Shown here: positions 38,302-46,835 of the stretch, in pieces
Position numbering within the stretch: position 1 is the first letter of the stretch
How the letters are laid out: each line of letters starts with the position of its first letter
Notes under the pieces: generated by a model
Database searches by the model: none
What the model saw: only the letters and a program-made list of their open reading frames with translations
Told to the model about the DNA's origin: nothing
Position numbers and translations under genes: made by a program
Source of the DNA: a virus
IMG/VR virus record: IMGVR_UViG_3300048800_000035
Span: 35,701-99,700 of that record
Length of the DNA: 64,000 nucleotides
Direction: 5' to 3' (one strand)

Positions 38302-38827
38302 CGACTGTTTCTTCTACAACTTCTTCTTTTGGAACTTCTACGATTTCAGACCACTCGCCTTCTTCGCCGGATTCGAGAAGTCGTGTTTTGATTTCTTCCA
38401 ACTGATTTTCGTTGAATGTCCCTTTCAAATCATCCCAAGTGACTTCACCATTCTTTAGAGACAAAATAGCGTTGATTGTCCAGTCGTTCTTGTGAGTAAT
38501 GACTTCGCCCCAGCGTTCTCGAAAGCGTCTGCCTAAGACCTTGACAGCAATAGAGGGGTCTTTTACCGCCCCCTCAGTGGCAACTTTGACAAGGTTAATT
38601 TCCGCCTCCGCCTCGGCCCTACGCATAGCTACAGCGAAAGCGACATACTCTGGCGTAGCGGCCTTGGTACGGTCCTTACCTTCGCCCCGTTTCATCCACA
38701 TCCTATACTGCTGAATAGAAATACCTACAGCAGCACAAGCGGTTTCGGGGTAGTTTCCGGCGCGGATTAAATCTGCCAGCGATTTTTCTAAATCCGGATC
38801 AAGGATTAGTTGGTTTGTTGGGGCCAC
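38291..38827 (-). CDS. terS: terminase small subunit-like HTH protein
   Basis: YPETACAAVGISIQQYRMWMKRG helix-turn-helix; immediately precedes TerL. Confidence 0.7.
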   Translation of the reverse strand: MAPTNQLILDPDLEKSLADLIRAGNYPETACAAVGISIQQYRMWMKRGEGKDRTKAATPEYVAFAVAMRRAEAEAEINLVKVATEGAVKDPSIAVKVLGRRFRERWGEVITHKNDWTINAILSLKNGEVTWDDLKGTFNENQLEEIKTRLLESGEEGEWSEIVEVPKEEVVEETVDAP

Positions 38828-39155
38828 TGTTTCCTACATCCAAGGTTTTTGCGCCGTTCGTAAACCCGAACTGACTTCCCGCAAAGGCAGTAATGCCCAG
38901 CCAGATGTTCGAGTAGTAGAAAGGTAGGCCCACAAAGGCACCAGAAGGGCATGGGGTCGTCACAAACTGCGCCCCGGTACAAGATAGCCCCAGAATGGCA
39001 AATGGAGCCACTAGGAACAGTCCTAGAAGGATCAGGCGACGGTAGTTGGGATCGACCTTATCCCAAAGCGTCTTGAGTGCGGGAACGGTTTCCAACGCAA
39101 ACGAAATTACAACACCAGCCACTGCCGCGATGCCAGTCGAAGTCAGTAAGTCCAT
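38799..39155 (-). CDS. small membrane protein (holin-like topology possible)
   Basis: MDLLTSTGIAAVAGVVISFALETV...RRLILLGLFLVAPFAILGLS hydrophobic segments; start chosen downstream of the predicted promoter. Confidence 0.5.
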   Translation of the reverse strand: MDLLTSTGIAAVAGVVISFALETVPALKTLWDKVDPNYRRLILLGLFLVAPFAILGLSCTGAQFVTTPCPSGAFVGLPFYYSNIWLGITAFAGSQFGFTNGAKTLDVGNSGPNKPTNP

Positions 39156-39190
39156 GCTTATTCTCCATAAAAATGTCGATTTACAATTAC

Positions 39191-39219
39191 ATAATATCAT
39201 GGACATAATGTATAGTCAA
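39191..39219 (-). promoter_or_regulatory. sigma70-like promoter for terminase/structural operon
   Basis: Minus strand TTGACT (39219..39214), 17 bp, TATTAT (39196..39191). Confidence 0.6.
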
Positions 39220-39238
39220 TTGTCCAGAAAACTCATAA

Positions 39239-39772
39239 ATGACAGAATCGGGGTTTGGGTATAGAATTGGGCTGGTGGAATACTCTCCCATAATCTGTTC
39301 GCGGTGCCTTTATTACCAACCCAGCGGTTTCGTAATGTCTCCATTGTTCCCTATAATTTGGAGTCGTGGGGAGATGGTACATGCCCAATGTTTCTCGGCC
39401 ATGTCTACCCACGATGAGTGCCCAGGCGAAGATTGTGGGTGTGGAATCTATGGACAATTCAATATCATTACCAGTTTCGAGAACATCGTCGCCAGTTTCG
39501 CCTACTTCACAATGGTTCCCGCCGTTGAACTTCACTCCCTGCCGTTTATAGTTTTGACAGAGCACTACGGCAAGACCCTTGTTCACGAAAGGGGAATTAG
39601 GTCGGAGTTCGCAAAAGTCGTTGGTGCAATCAGTTTCCGAGAGGACCTGGTAACATTCGAGCGGTATCGAGACTTAGCAAGAAAAGCTGCCGATGTTTTA
39701 GGAGTTCCGATGTTTGGCTTGAAAGCGGGACAACTTTTGATCGACAACAGCTTGGCGGTGAACGGACTGTGA
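39239..39772 (+). CDS. uncharacterised phage protein, family shared with 47747..48310 and 48326..48979
   Basis: 177 aa: CGIYGQF...GKTLVHERGIRSEFAKVVGAI...ADVLGVP; ATGA overlap with next gene. Confidence 0.55.
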   Translation: MTESGFGYRIGLVEYSPIICSRCLYYQPSGFVMSPLFPIIWSRGEMVHAQCFSAMSTHDECPGEDCGCGIYGQFNIITSFENIVASFAYFTMVPAVELHSLPFIVLTEHYGKTLVHERGIRSEFAKVVGAISFREDLVTFERYRDLARKAADVLGVPMFGLKAGQLLIDNSLAVNGL

Positions 39773-40173
39773 GGATGAGCGACGACGTTCGCAAGTTGAA
39801 CGAACTTGACGATGTTACTGTTTCGCTAAAACCACGGCGCAAAAAGAACGAAGATAAGAAGTATCTACTAGTCGAGGCTATGCTGAAATACGGACAACAC
39901 TTGCCGAAATGGAAATCCGAGTTTGAGTTTTGCAAACCAGAACGTCGCTTCCGCTTTGATATAGCATGGCCTCGCTACCATATTGCCGTTGAAGAGGATG
40001 GTGGAGGTTGGATGGTGGGGGGCGGCAGGCACGGGGGCGATGGCGACAAAACGAAAATGAACCTTTCGGTCATTTACGGATGGCGCGTCATGCATTTTTC
40101 CCCAACAATGCTCAAGAAAGACCCCATCGGATGCGTGGCGATGATAAGTCGGGCGCTAAGACGGTATCCATGA
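39769..40173 (+). CDS. PD-(D/E)XK-like nuclease
   Basis: FRFDIAWPRYHIAVEEDGGGW...HGGDGDKTKMNLSVIYGWRVMHF resembles FDFAxPxxxxAVEIDGG...DxxKxNxAxxxGWxVxRF nuclease core. Confidence 0.65.
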   Translation: MRMSDDVRKLNELDDVTVSLKPRRKKNEDKKYLLVEAMLKYGQHLPKWKSEFEFCKPERRFRFDIAWPRYHIAVEEDGGGWMVGGGRHGGDGDKTKMNLSVIYGWRVMHFSPTMLKKDPIGCVAMISRALRRYP

Positions 40174-40553
40174 GTCAGACACTAGCATCCCGCGACGCCC
40201 TTGTACGCTGTGACAATTTGTGCGAATGGCACCTTGCCCGACTCGACAGAATGGTGGACGTGCATTTTGTGTTCCCCGGATACCACTTCATGCTCGGTGG
40301 AGCGCATCATATTCTCGGCAGAGCCAAGGTGGACGACATTCGCGCTATTCTCGGCTTATGTGGCAAGTGCCACGGCGATCACCACAACGGAAAGAGTCCG
40401 ACGAAACAAGAACTGGCAGAACTGATGCTTGAGAAATACGGATTCAACCTTTGGGAACTTTGGCCGCAATTTATCAAGCCGAGGAAGAATGACAACCAAA
40501 TTTCGCCGGAACTGGAAATCGCAGATCGCCTGGATGAAACGTCACGCAGCTAG
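40170..40553 (+). CDS. HNH-type endonuclease
   Basis: GGAHHILGRAKVDDIRAILGLCGKCHGDHHNGKSP; ATGA overlap with previous gene. Confidence 0.6.
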   Translation: MSQTLASRDALVRCDNLCEWHLARLDRMVDVHFVFPGYHFMLGGAHHILGRAKVDDIRAILGLCGKCHGDHHNGKSPTKQELAELMLEKYGFNLWELWPQFIKPRKNDNQISPELEIADRLDETSRS

Positions 40554-40838
40554 GCTAAAGAAACTCTCCCTGCACGTCAACGACGATAATAAAATAGAGG
40601 TCTTAGCTATGTGCCAATACATTCTAGACCGCATTTCTGAAATCGAAACTACGCAGAGTGATAATTTCTAGTTCGGACTACAAGTACCTCGGCCTCATAG
40701 CCCACTACCGTATCACTTGTTACATGCTACATAGATGCGAAAAGCCTGCGGTGCCAAACCTTCTGGCAACACGCAGGCTACTCAAAAACAAGATACGATC
40801 AGTTGTGAAAACGATGCGAGAGCGAGGAGAATCAGTTC

Positions 40839-41225
40839 CTACCTACCCACACAAGAATCACAAACATTACCCAGCGCATTGATTCCTTCGTAAAACACAC
40901 CGCATTTGACACAAGCCCATGCGCCTCGAACAACAATACCGAAACTATTATTCGGCAAATTGATTACAGAACAAGGCAAGCCACTTTCCTGTACTTGAAA
41001 AGCAACGCTCTTTAGAATACCAAGAACATCTGCCTGGCTAAGTTTTCCGTGTCGCCGCCGTCCTCTGCCTGTACGCTTCGATTCTGGCTTGTCCGAGGTC
41101 GGTAATTCGACCCCCGTATTGGTATTTTCTGGCGGAACCCGAACCTTGTCGAAAATGATAAAATTTCCCTCTTCGCGTACATTCGACGCGCCAGTTGCTT
41201 GGGGTAACGGGGTTGACTGTTGCAT
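40839..41225 (-). CDS. zinc-ribbon hypothetical protein
   Basis: CVKCGVFYEGINALGNVCDSC C-terminus. Confidence 0.5.
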   Translation of the reverse strand: MQQSTPLPQATGASNVREEGNFIIFDKVRVPPENTNTGVELPTSDKPESKRTGRGRRRHGKLSQADVLGILKSVAFQVQESGLPCSVINLPNNSFGIVVRGAWACVKCGVFYEGINALGNVCDSCVGR

Positions 41226-41237
41226 TGGTTAGCAGTT

Positions 41238-41831
41238 CTACTTCTTGACTGCTTTTGGGCTGGCTGAAACCTCGGTGCCGAATTGCTTGGGAGGCCGACC
41301 CGCCTTGCGTTTCATTGGGCTAGAGTCCATAGCCAGTGACGCAGGTTGGGGCCAATTGGAAACAGCCAGATCGTTATTGGAAACACTTTCGGCGGGTTTA
41401 TTTACAATCGCCATTGACAGGGAAGGGGGCTTGTATTCCTTCTCGCCATCCTGCTTGAACAACTGAATCACCGCAATGGTTACGAAACTGCCCGTACTCG
41501 AAGCAATGGGAATAACAAACGTCGCAAAGAACAGTAGCCACGGATCGAGGACAATGCCCGACTTCGTTTGGTGATAAATGATTTGAGCTACGGCGGAAAC
41601 ACAAGCAAACAGGATGATAGCGCCGAGTGATGCAATCTTTTTATCGCCGGTCCACGCCTTGACACAATGAATAGAGTAAGCCAACAGTCCGTCAACCGCC
41701 AACGCCGATGGCAGCGCGATGTACCACGGGTTAACAAGTAGATTCACCATGAATGTGTGGTAGCCGGCCACTATAGCGCCGAAAACAAAAATAGCCCAGT
41801 ACAGAATCGTTTCTCCACGCGACTTGTTCAC
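41238..41831 (-). CDS. polytopic membrane protein with charged C-terminal tail
   Basis: Four hydrophobic segments followed by a Lys-rich tail. Confidence 0.6.
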   Translation of the reverse strand: MNKSRGETILYWAIFVFGAIVAGYHTFMVNLLVNPWYIALPSALAVDGLLAYSIHCVKAWTGDKKIASLGAIILFACVSAVAQIIYHQTKSGIVLDPWLLFFATFVIPIASSTGSFVTIAVIQLFKQDGEKEYKPPSLSMAIVNKPAESVSNNDLAVSNWPQPASLAMDSSPMKRKAGRPPKQFGTEVSASPKAVKK

Positions 41832-42862
41832 TCGACCTCCACTGTATTTTCGATAGTTACATACGGAGAATACAAAACCCTTTCACGCCGATCCCACGAT
41901 GCACTAACAACTCCATCGGCCTGTACCACAGCAAAAGACAATGTATCGTGTGCCAGTTCTCCATCATCGGCCTTTGAATAAACCGTTGGCATCGGCAACA
42001 TATCTTTGTCATAACCAGATAATGTTTTTACCGAGAATTCAATCCCGTTTTTATTCCAAAACCGCCGCCGACCAGTAACCCCAGCATCGGTTGGCTGTCT
42101 TGCTCCCCAAATAGTACCCTCTCCACCACCATGACTTGTCGCATCAAGTGGCCCCCGTGTCCACCAATATTGCTTGTCCGAATCAATCTCACGAACAATA
42201 CGACACAAATCAACCTGATGGGACTCGGTGTAATTTTCAACTGGGGCTACTTGGTAATCATACACAGATAGCGGGAATAGTTGCGAAAACGAAAATGTGT
42301 CGCAACCCAATTTCTTGCCCCAATCCATGTAATTCTGCATTTCGGAAAAGGTGTCTATCTCCCCGGAAATAAGATTGCACTGCAAGCGCAAGGAGATTCC
42401 ACTTTCCAAAACATATAGCGCCTTGCGTTGAAGTTCATAATTCGGCAACATCGGTTTTTGTAGCATAATACCCTGGTTGCGATTTTCGTTGTAATGATGG
42501 CGACTGATATTGATATAAGTCACGCCAGAATCGGCACACAGTCTCACCAAATCATGGGACAAACCAGCCGCATTGGTATTCAACACTACCCGACGAATTT
42601 GATACTTCCCAATTTTTTCTAGTAGTAAGTGAATGCGATTCGATATGGTTGGTTCGCCCCCGACAATCTGTAGCGTACCGTTGACCTGATTCACCAGATC
42701 AAGCGCGTAGTCAATGCCGTCAAAGAAGCGGTGGCCGTTGTGCCGTCCAACGGTAGGGGCTATGCAAAACGGACACCTAGCGTTACACGCCTCGGTCACA
42801 TCAATGTAAATGTTAAACCCGCTAGAGACTTTCAAATTCCCAATCGTAGTAGGAATGTTCAT
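41828..42862 (-). CDS. radical SAM protein
   Basis: DVTEACNARCPFCIAPT (CxxxCxxC cluster motif) and IVGGEPTI (GGEP motif). Confidence 0.85.
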   Translation of the reverse strand: MNIPTTIGNLKVSSGFNIYIDVTEACNARCPFCIAPTVGRHNGHRFFDGIDYALDLVNQVNGTLQIVGGEPTISNRIHLLLEKIGKYQIRRVVLNTNAAGLSHDLVRLCADSGVTYINISRHHYNENRNQGIMLQKPMLPNYELQRKALYVLESGISLRLQCNLISGEIDTFSEMQNYMDWGKKLGCDTFSFSQLFPLSVYDYQVAPVENYTESHQVDLCRIVREIDSDKQYWWTRGPLDATSHGGGEGTIWGARQPTDAGVTGRRRFWNKNGIEFSVKTLSGYDKDMLPMPTVYSKADDGELAHDTLSFAVVQADGVVSASWDRRERVLYSPYVTIENTVEVE

Positions 42863-43038
42863 TTTGACTCCCTTATAAGTTGTCGGTTAGTTTGCTCCCA
42901 TTCTTCTGCTACATCTTTCGGAATACGGTAGAACTTTCCCTGCCTGTAACAAACCAATTCTCCGCGCTTGATGTAATTCAAGACAGTCTGCGCGGTTACT
43001 CCCCACTTAGCAGCCAATTCATCGGGCGTGTAGTAGTT
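42859..43038 (-). CDS. MerR/excisionase-like DNA-binding protein
   Basis: YYTPDELAAKWGVTAQTVLNYIKRGELVCYRQGKFYRIPKDVAEEW; the exact start codon is uncertain (the ORF track starts at 43068). Confidence 0.7.
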   Translation of the reverse strand, partial: NYYTPDELAAKWGVTAQTVLNYIKRGELVCYRQGKFYRIPKDVAEEWEQTNRQLIRESK

Positions 43039-43081
43039 AGCGTCCATATGGTTGCCCATTTTATTCAATTTGCTTACGCTG

Positions 43082-43237
43082 TCAAGAGGGTGTTTTTAGG
43101 TCTTTCGAGAACGCCTTTGCCACCAGCAGTCGCACGATCTCGCTTCTAGTCAAACCCGTTTGCTTAGCGAGTGCGCTAAGTTTCCGAATCGTCTGGTCGT
43201 CAAACCGAGCATCAAACCGGCGTGTCAGTTTCTTCAT
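43082..43237 (-). CDS. small ribbon-helix-helix-like protein
   Basis: MKKLTRRFDARFDDQTIRKLSALAKQTGLTRSEIVRLLVAKAFSKDLKTPS, read directly from the sequence. Confidence 0.6.
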   Translation of the reverse strand: MKKLTRRFDARFDDQTIRKLSALAKQTGLTRSEIVRLLVAKAFSKDLKTPS

Positions 43238-43380
43238 CCAGCAATGCTCCAATCAACTCTAGGTCTTTCCAGGTAATGTCAAGTCCATCGGTTCGGCTGT
43301 AATGTAAAAATGTCAACCGGCGACCATAATCGTCGTTGTCTTTGTTGCCGCGAATGGACTTGTGGAAGTCACTTGCCAAC

Positions 43381-43887
43381 CTAAATTTCTGGATTGCTCG
43401 TCGTGTTTGCTGGTTCAACTAGCGCCACCTTTAGGGCACAGCGGGCAACGGCCAATGGCATACTCATTGCTACGGCGGTTACTTTCGCTAGGGCGGGGGA
43501 GTAGATAGTGCATTCACAATCACCACCGCCGAAATCCCAATCACTTACAATCATTTCTACCACGCAAGCGCATGGAAACGCGCCGTTGACTTGTTTGTGC
43601 TTGCCAAATCGGAACTGGTCAACGATCAACTCCATCGCGTTCCAATCTGTCCCAAACTTGTGCGTCAAATACCTTTCATGGTTTGGGCCAATTCCATACC
43701 AACCCTGCGGCCACATTGTTGACGTTGGCTCATTCCAGTTATGAGAAACTAGACGTTTGTACCCACCCGCATCCCAGCGTAGTTCTTTCCATCCCAAGAC
43801 GTGTTCGGCAATCAATCCATCCAACTTGTCGCCAGCCTCTAAACTGTCTATTTCCAATTCGTCTAATCCCATGTATACTTCTCCCAT
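43381..43887 (-). CDS. hypothetical protein
   Basis: 168 aa ORF, GDWDFGGGDCECTIYSP, most plausible frame in this interval. Confidence 0.5.
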   Translation of the reverse strand: MGEVYMGLDELEIDSLEAGDKLDGLIAEHVLGWKELRWDAGGYKRLVSHNWNEPTSTMWPQGWYGIGPNHERYLTHKFGTDWNAMELIVDQFRFGKHKQVNGAFPCACVVEMIVSDWDFGGGDCECTIYSPALAKVTAVAMSMPLAVARCALKVALVEPANTTSNPEI

Positions 43888-44133
43888 TATGAATAAACTC
43901 CAATCCTATCAAACGCTGGAAGCACTTGGTCAAGCAAAGTCAATGGACGATATGTCCGAGAAAGAAGTCATGTCTGAAATCCTGCAAGCTTGGGTCAAGA
44001 TGCCCCCCATGCAGGGTAGGGCGATCACCAGGGGCATGAGTATCCTGCAAAGTTCCGCCCCGCAACTTGGGGAACGGGGTGTCATCGAACTGTCAGCAAA
44101 GTTGGGCATGTTCTTAAAGGCTAATGACGGATA

Positions 44134-44469
44134 GTGGTTCTTAGAGATGACTTCTTTGAACACGCCACCACGCACATGCAACGAGTGGCAAACTGCATCA
44201 AGTCGATGGCGGAAATTGCTATCGTACTGAACGAACTCGCCAATAAACACAAAAGTCTGTCGCCCGTCCTATTGCAAGTCGTCAACATCTTCGAGAACAC
44301 TGGCGAGTCTGTTCTCTTGCTCCAAGACGACCTGCTTGACATGGCTAAACTTGTTGCGCCGCTTCTTTTGACTTCAACCCCGCCTGATACCCCAAGTGAT
44401 ACAGGTGGAGAGATAGGAAGTACGCCCCCATCGCCGTCAGAATCCACACCAGACGAAAATCAATATTAG
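44134..44469 (+). CDS. hypothetical coiled-coil protein
   Basis: 111 aa ORF, acidic/Pro/Ser-rich tail; follows a small + strand frame ending at 44134. Confidence 0.4.
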   Translation: MVLRDDFFEHATTHMQRVANCIKSMAEIAIVLNELANKHKSLSPVLLQVVNIFENTGESVLLLQDDLLDMAKLVAPLLLTSTPPDTPSDTGGEIGSTPPSPSESTPDENQY

Positions 44470-44476
44470 TCAGCAT

Positions 44477-44749
44477 CTAGTAAGTCCACTTGTCCCTGTC
44501 TAAACACTCCACCATAGCAACTGCGACGGCGGCAACCTGAATCAACTCGGCCCGGTAACTGTCTAATGACTTCCCGCCAAACTTCGCCCGCAACACCTCC
44601 TGCGCCACCTCGCCAACCTCCTCGGCCAGAATAGCCAAATACACGGCGGGTTCGTGGTTTTGCTCGCGCCACTTTTCGTCCTGCCTAGCGCGTTCTACCA
44701 TTACTTCTTGCAAAACATCAGACAGCTCAACTTCCGGAATAGATTGCAT
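44477..44749 (-). CDS. MazG-like nucleotide pyrophosphohydrolase
   Basis: ERARQDEKWREQNH...AILAEEVGEVAQEVLR...YRAELIQVAAVAVAMVE. Confidence 0.75.
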   Translation of the reverse strand: MQSIPEVELSDVLQEVMVERARQDEKWREQNHEPAVYLAILAEEVGEVAQEVLRAKFGGKSLDSYRAELIQVAAVAVAMVECLDRDKWTY

Positions 44750-45276
44750 TATTTGTTCCTATCTTCAAATCCGAAAAACAATAACACCGCATCGCACGTT
44801 TCCTTCTTGCCGCCTACAATAGTTTCGTGCTTGTAGGTTTCGTCCTCGACATCCCAAACCGCAGGATGGTACTTCTCCGGCTTGCCACACGCTGTACACT
44901 CCGATTCGCAATCAATCTGGAACTGACGGCGCTCTATAAATTCGCCGTATCGGTCAAGTATCAGCATCGCTTGACTGTCACTACCGGCGCGAACCAGGTG
45001 TATGATTTCACTGCCGATCTGAGAGAAGTTTGTTTCGGAGTCTCGCAACCACTCGTCAACCTCATCAAGAGACAGGGAACCATCGGTATCGTACTTTAGC
45101 GTCGTTATCCGAAATGGCCCATCGGCAACTTTTCGCTCTTGGGCAATCTGGCTCTCAAGCCATTGTTCCGCCGCGATTTGCTTTCCAGTTTTTTCGGCCA
45201 CCACAAATCCTCGATTGCGATCCTTCTCGGAGAACGTCAGTTGCTCGATACGGCCTACTTGAATTGGGTCAGCCAT
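44749..45276 (-). CDS. hypothetical protein
   Basis: 175 aa ORF with CESECTACGK; overlaps neighbours by 1-4 bp. Confidence 0.5.
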   Translation of the reverse strand: MADPIQVGRIEQLTFSEKDRNRGFVVAEKTGKQIAAEQWLESQIAQERKVADGPFRITTLKYDTDGSLSLDEVDEWLRDSETNFSQIGSEIIHLVRAGSDSQAMLILDRYGEFIERRQFQIDCESECTACGKPEKYHPAVWDVEDETYKHETIVGGKKETCDAVLLFFGFEDRNK

Positions 45277-45660
45277 CTATGCCTCGGCAATCTCTCTGTA
45301 AACTGGTTTGTGAAGTGCATCCATCTTGGAATGCATATCGTCACTGCCATTGCTTTTTAGCCACTTCCCTCGGCGCAAGATAATCGCAGCGTCGGCGTAT
45401 TGAGCCATAGCATAATTACGTATCGGTCCTGCGGATAACCCAAACTTATCCCAATCCGCAGGAAACCCTTTCACCGGGATGTCGTGTTCCCTGGCCCACC
45501 GTTCCCCTAACGCGTCTACGCCATTAGGTTCTTTGCCGGAAACAACCTCAGTAATTTTATTCAAGCCAAACTCAAGTGAACCATCAGTCCAACGATCAAT
45601 GGCATCACATAGCCACTGGTAGTCAGTAATAGTTCTTGACCCAGCTATGATAACCTTCAC
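45277..45660 (-). CDS. SLOG-family / DUF2493-like nucleotide-binding protein
   Basis: MKVIIAGSRTITDYQ...EVVSGKEPNGVDALGERWAREHDIPVKGFPADWDKFG...RNYAMAQYADAAI. Confidence 0.8.
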   Translation of the reverse strand: MKVIIAGSRTITDYQWLCDAIDRWTDGSLEFGLNKITEVVSGKEPNGVDALGERWAREHDIPVKGFPADWDKFGLSAGPIRNYAMAQYADAAIILRRGKWLKSNGSDDMHSKMDALHKPVYREIAEA

Positions 45661-46028
45661 TTTGAACTCCGAATAGTCACAGAAGGCTCACCAACCTTGC
45701 GGAACTGTAGAATTTCGGGATGTGCCGCCGCAAACCCGTCCAGGAGCTTCGTTTCCCAAGTAGTCCTACCCTTGACGTAAACAGCGTGAAGAAACTCGCC
45801 TTTGACGCTTTCTCCGCCAGCAATGACGCTTTCTTTCACAAGTTGTTCCAGTTCGGCGGAACGCTCGTCGGCTAAAGTCGTAAGTGGCGCGAACTCAGTA
45901 TCCAGATCGTTAAGTTGTTCCCTGACAGCATCTAAGATACGCTCACGCTTGTCTTGATAGTCTAGTCTGGTTATCTCCTTAGCGGCGCGAAGTTCTGCTA
46001 GTTGATTCAACAAGTCAAGAGTAGTCAC
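45657..46028 (-). CDS. hypothetical phage protein
   Basis: 123 aa, GTG start, ends VKGRTTWETKLLDGFAAAHPEILQFRKVGEPSVTIR. Confidence 0.55.
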   Translation of the reverse strand: MTTLDLLNQLAELRAAKEITRLDYQDKRERILDAVREQLNDLDTEFAPLTTLADERSAELEQLVKESVIAGGESVKGEFLHAVYVKGRTTWETKLLDGFAAAHPEILQFRKVGEPSVTIRSSK

Positions 46029-46147
46029 TTCTTATCCCTTTTCAGTCTAGTTGAAACTCGGAACCAAGACTCCTCAAGTGCCCATCCGATGAGACATCCG
46101 ATGGCAGCAAAACCTAAAATCTTGAAAATTGTCAGAATTACGTCCAC
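46025..46147 (-). CDS. very small single-TM protein
   Basis: GTG start, VDVILTIFKILGFAAIGCLIGWALEESWFRVSTRLKRDKK; stop overlaps next gene start. Confidence 0.4.
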   Translation of the reverse strand: MDVILTIFKILGFAAIGCLIGWALEESWFRVSTRLKRDKK

Positions 46148-46218
46148 TCTAGACCGTCACTAAAATTAGATTTGCCGTAAAACAAGTCATTTCGTTATAG
46201 CATGTTACTTTATTGGTG

Positions 46219-46674
46219 TTATCTTTCCACCTTATTGAATGGCGGATAGACCTCATCTAGGGCTTTCTTGGCGATCTCATAGGCCCTTGCGGCGTCAATC
46301 GGATTATCAAAACCCCTTCCCAAAAACATTCGCCATTTACCCTCGGAAGGATATACACCGGGGATTCCGGACTTATTTTTTCGCACCCGACGCATGGATA
46401 AATTTTCCCGATGGGTGCAGACTTCTAGGTTTTCGCGCCGATTATCCAGCGTATTGTGATTGATATGATGCACGTCCATACCAACTGGATTGCCCATCAA
46501 TTTCCTGTGCATGGAGACACTAGTGCCTTTGCCATTTATCTTTTGCGACCTACCAACATACGGGACACCAGAACCGCCCGGCCTTGCTTGCCATTTATAT
46601 TTGGACAATTCATCGTAATCCTCGTCGTCCACCAGTGTAACCAATTCGCTGTTTGATAACTTTATCTCTTTCAT
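46219..46674 (-). CDS. HNH-AP2 homing endonuclease
   Basis: MKEIKLSNSELVTLVDDEDYDELSKYKWQA...MDVHHINHNTLDNRRENLEVCTHRENLSMRR...SGIPGVYPSEGKWRMFL. Confidence 0.85.
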   Translation of the reverse strand: MKEIKLSNSELVTLVDDEDYDELSKYKWQARPGGSGVPYVGRSQKINGKGTSVSMHRKLMGNPVGMDVHHINHNTLDNRRENLEVCTHRENLSMRRVRKNKSGIPGVYPSEGKWRMFLGRGFDNPIDAARAYEIAKKALDEVYPPFNKVER

Positions 46675-46835
46675 TTTCTCCAACAAAAAGCCGTCGCCCT
46701 GCGTTTGCCGTGAATTTCTGTCTAGGAAGTTCGTGGCGCTCACACAGAGCAACGGCTGTTTATTGGCAATAGTAAAGCGCCTAACGACATTCCTAGACGC
46801 TCTTATTGTAATAGAAAACATGTTCTTTGTAAACC

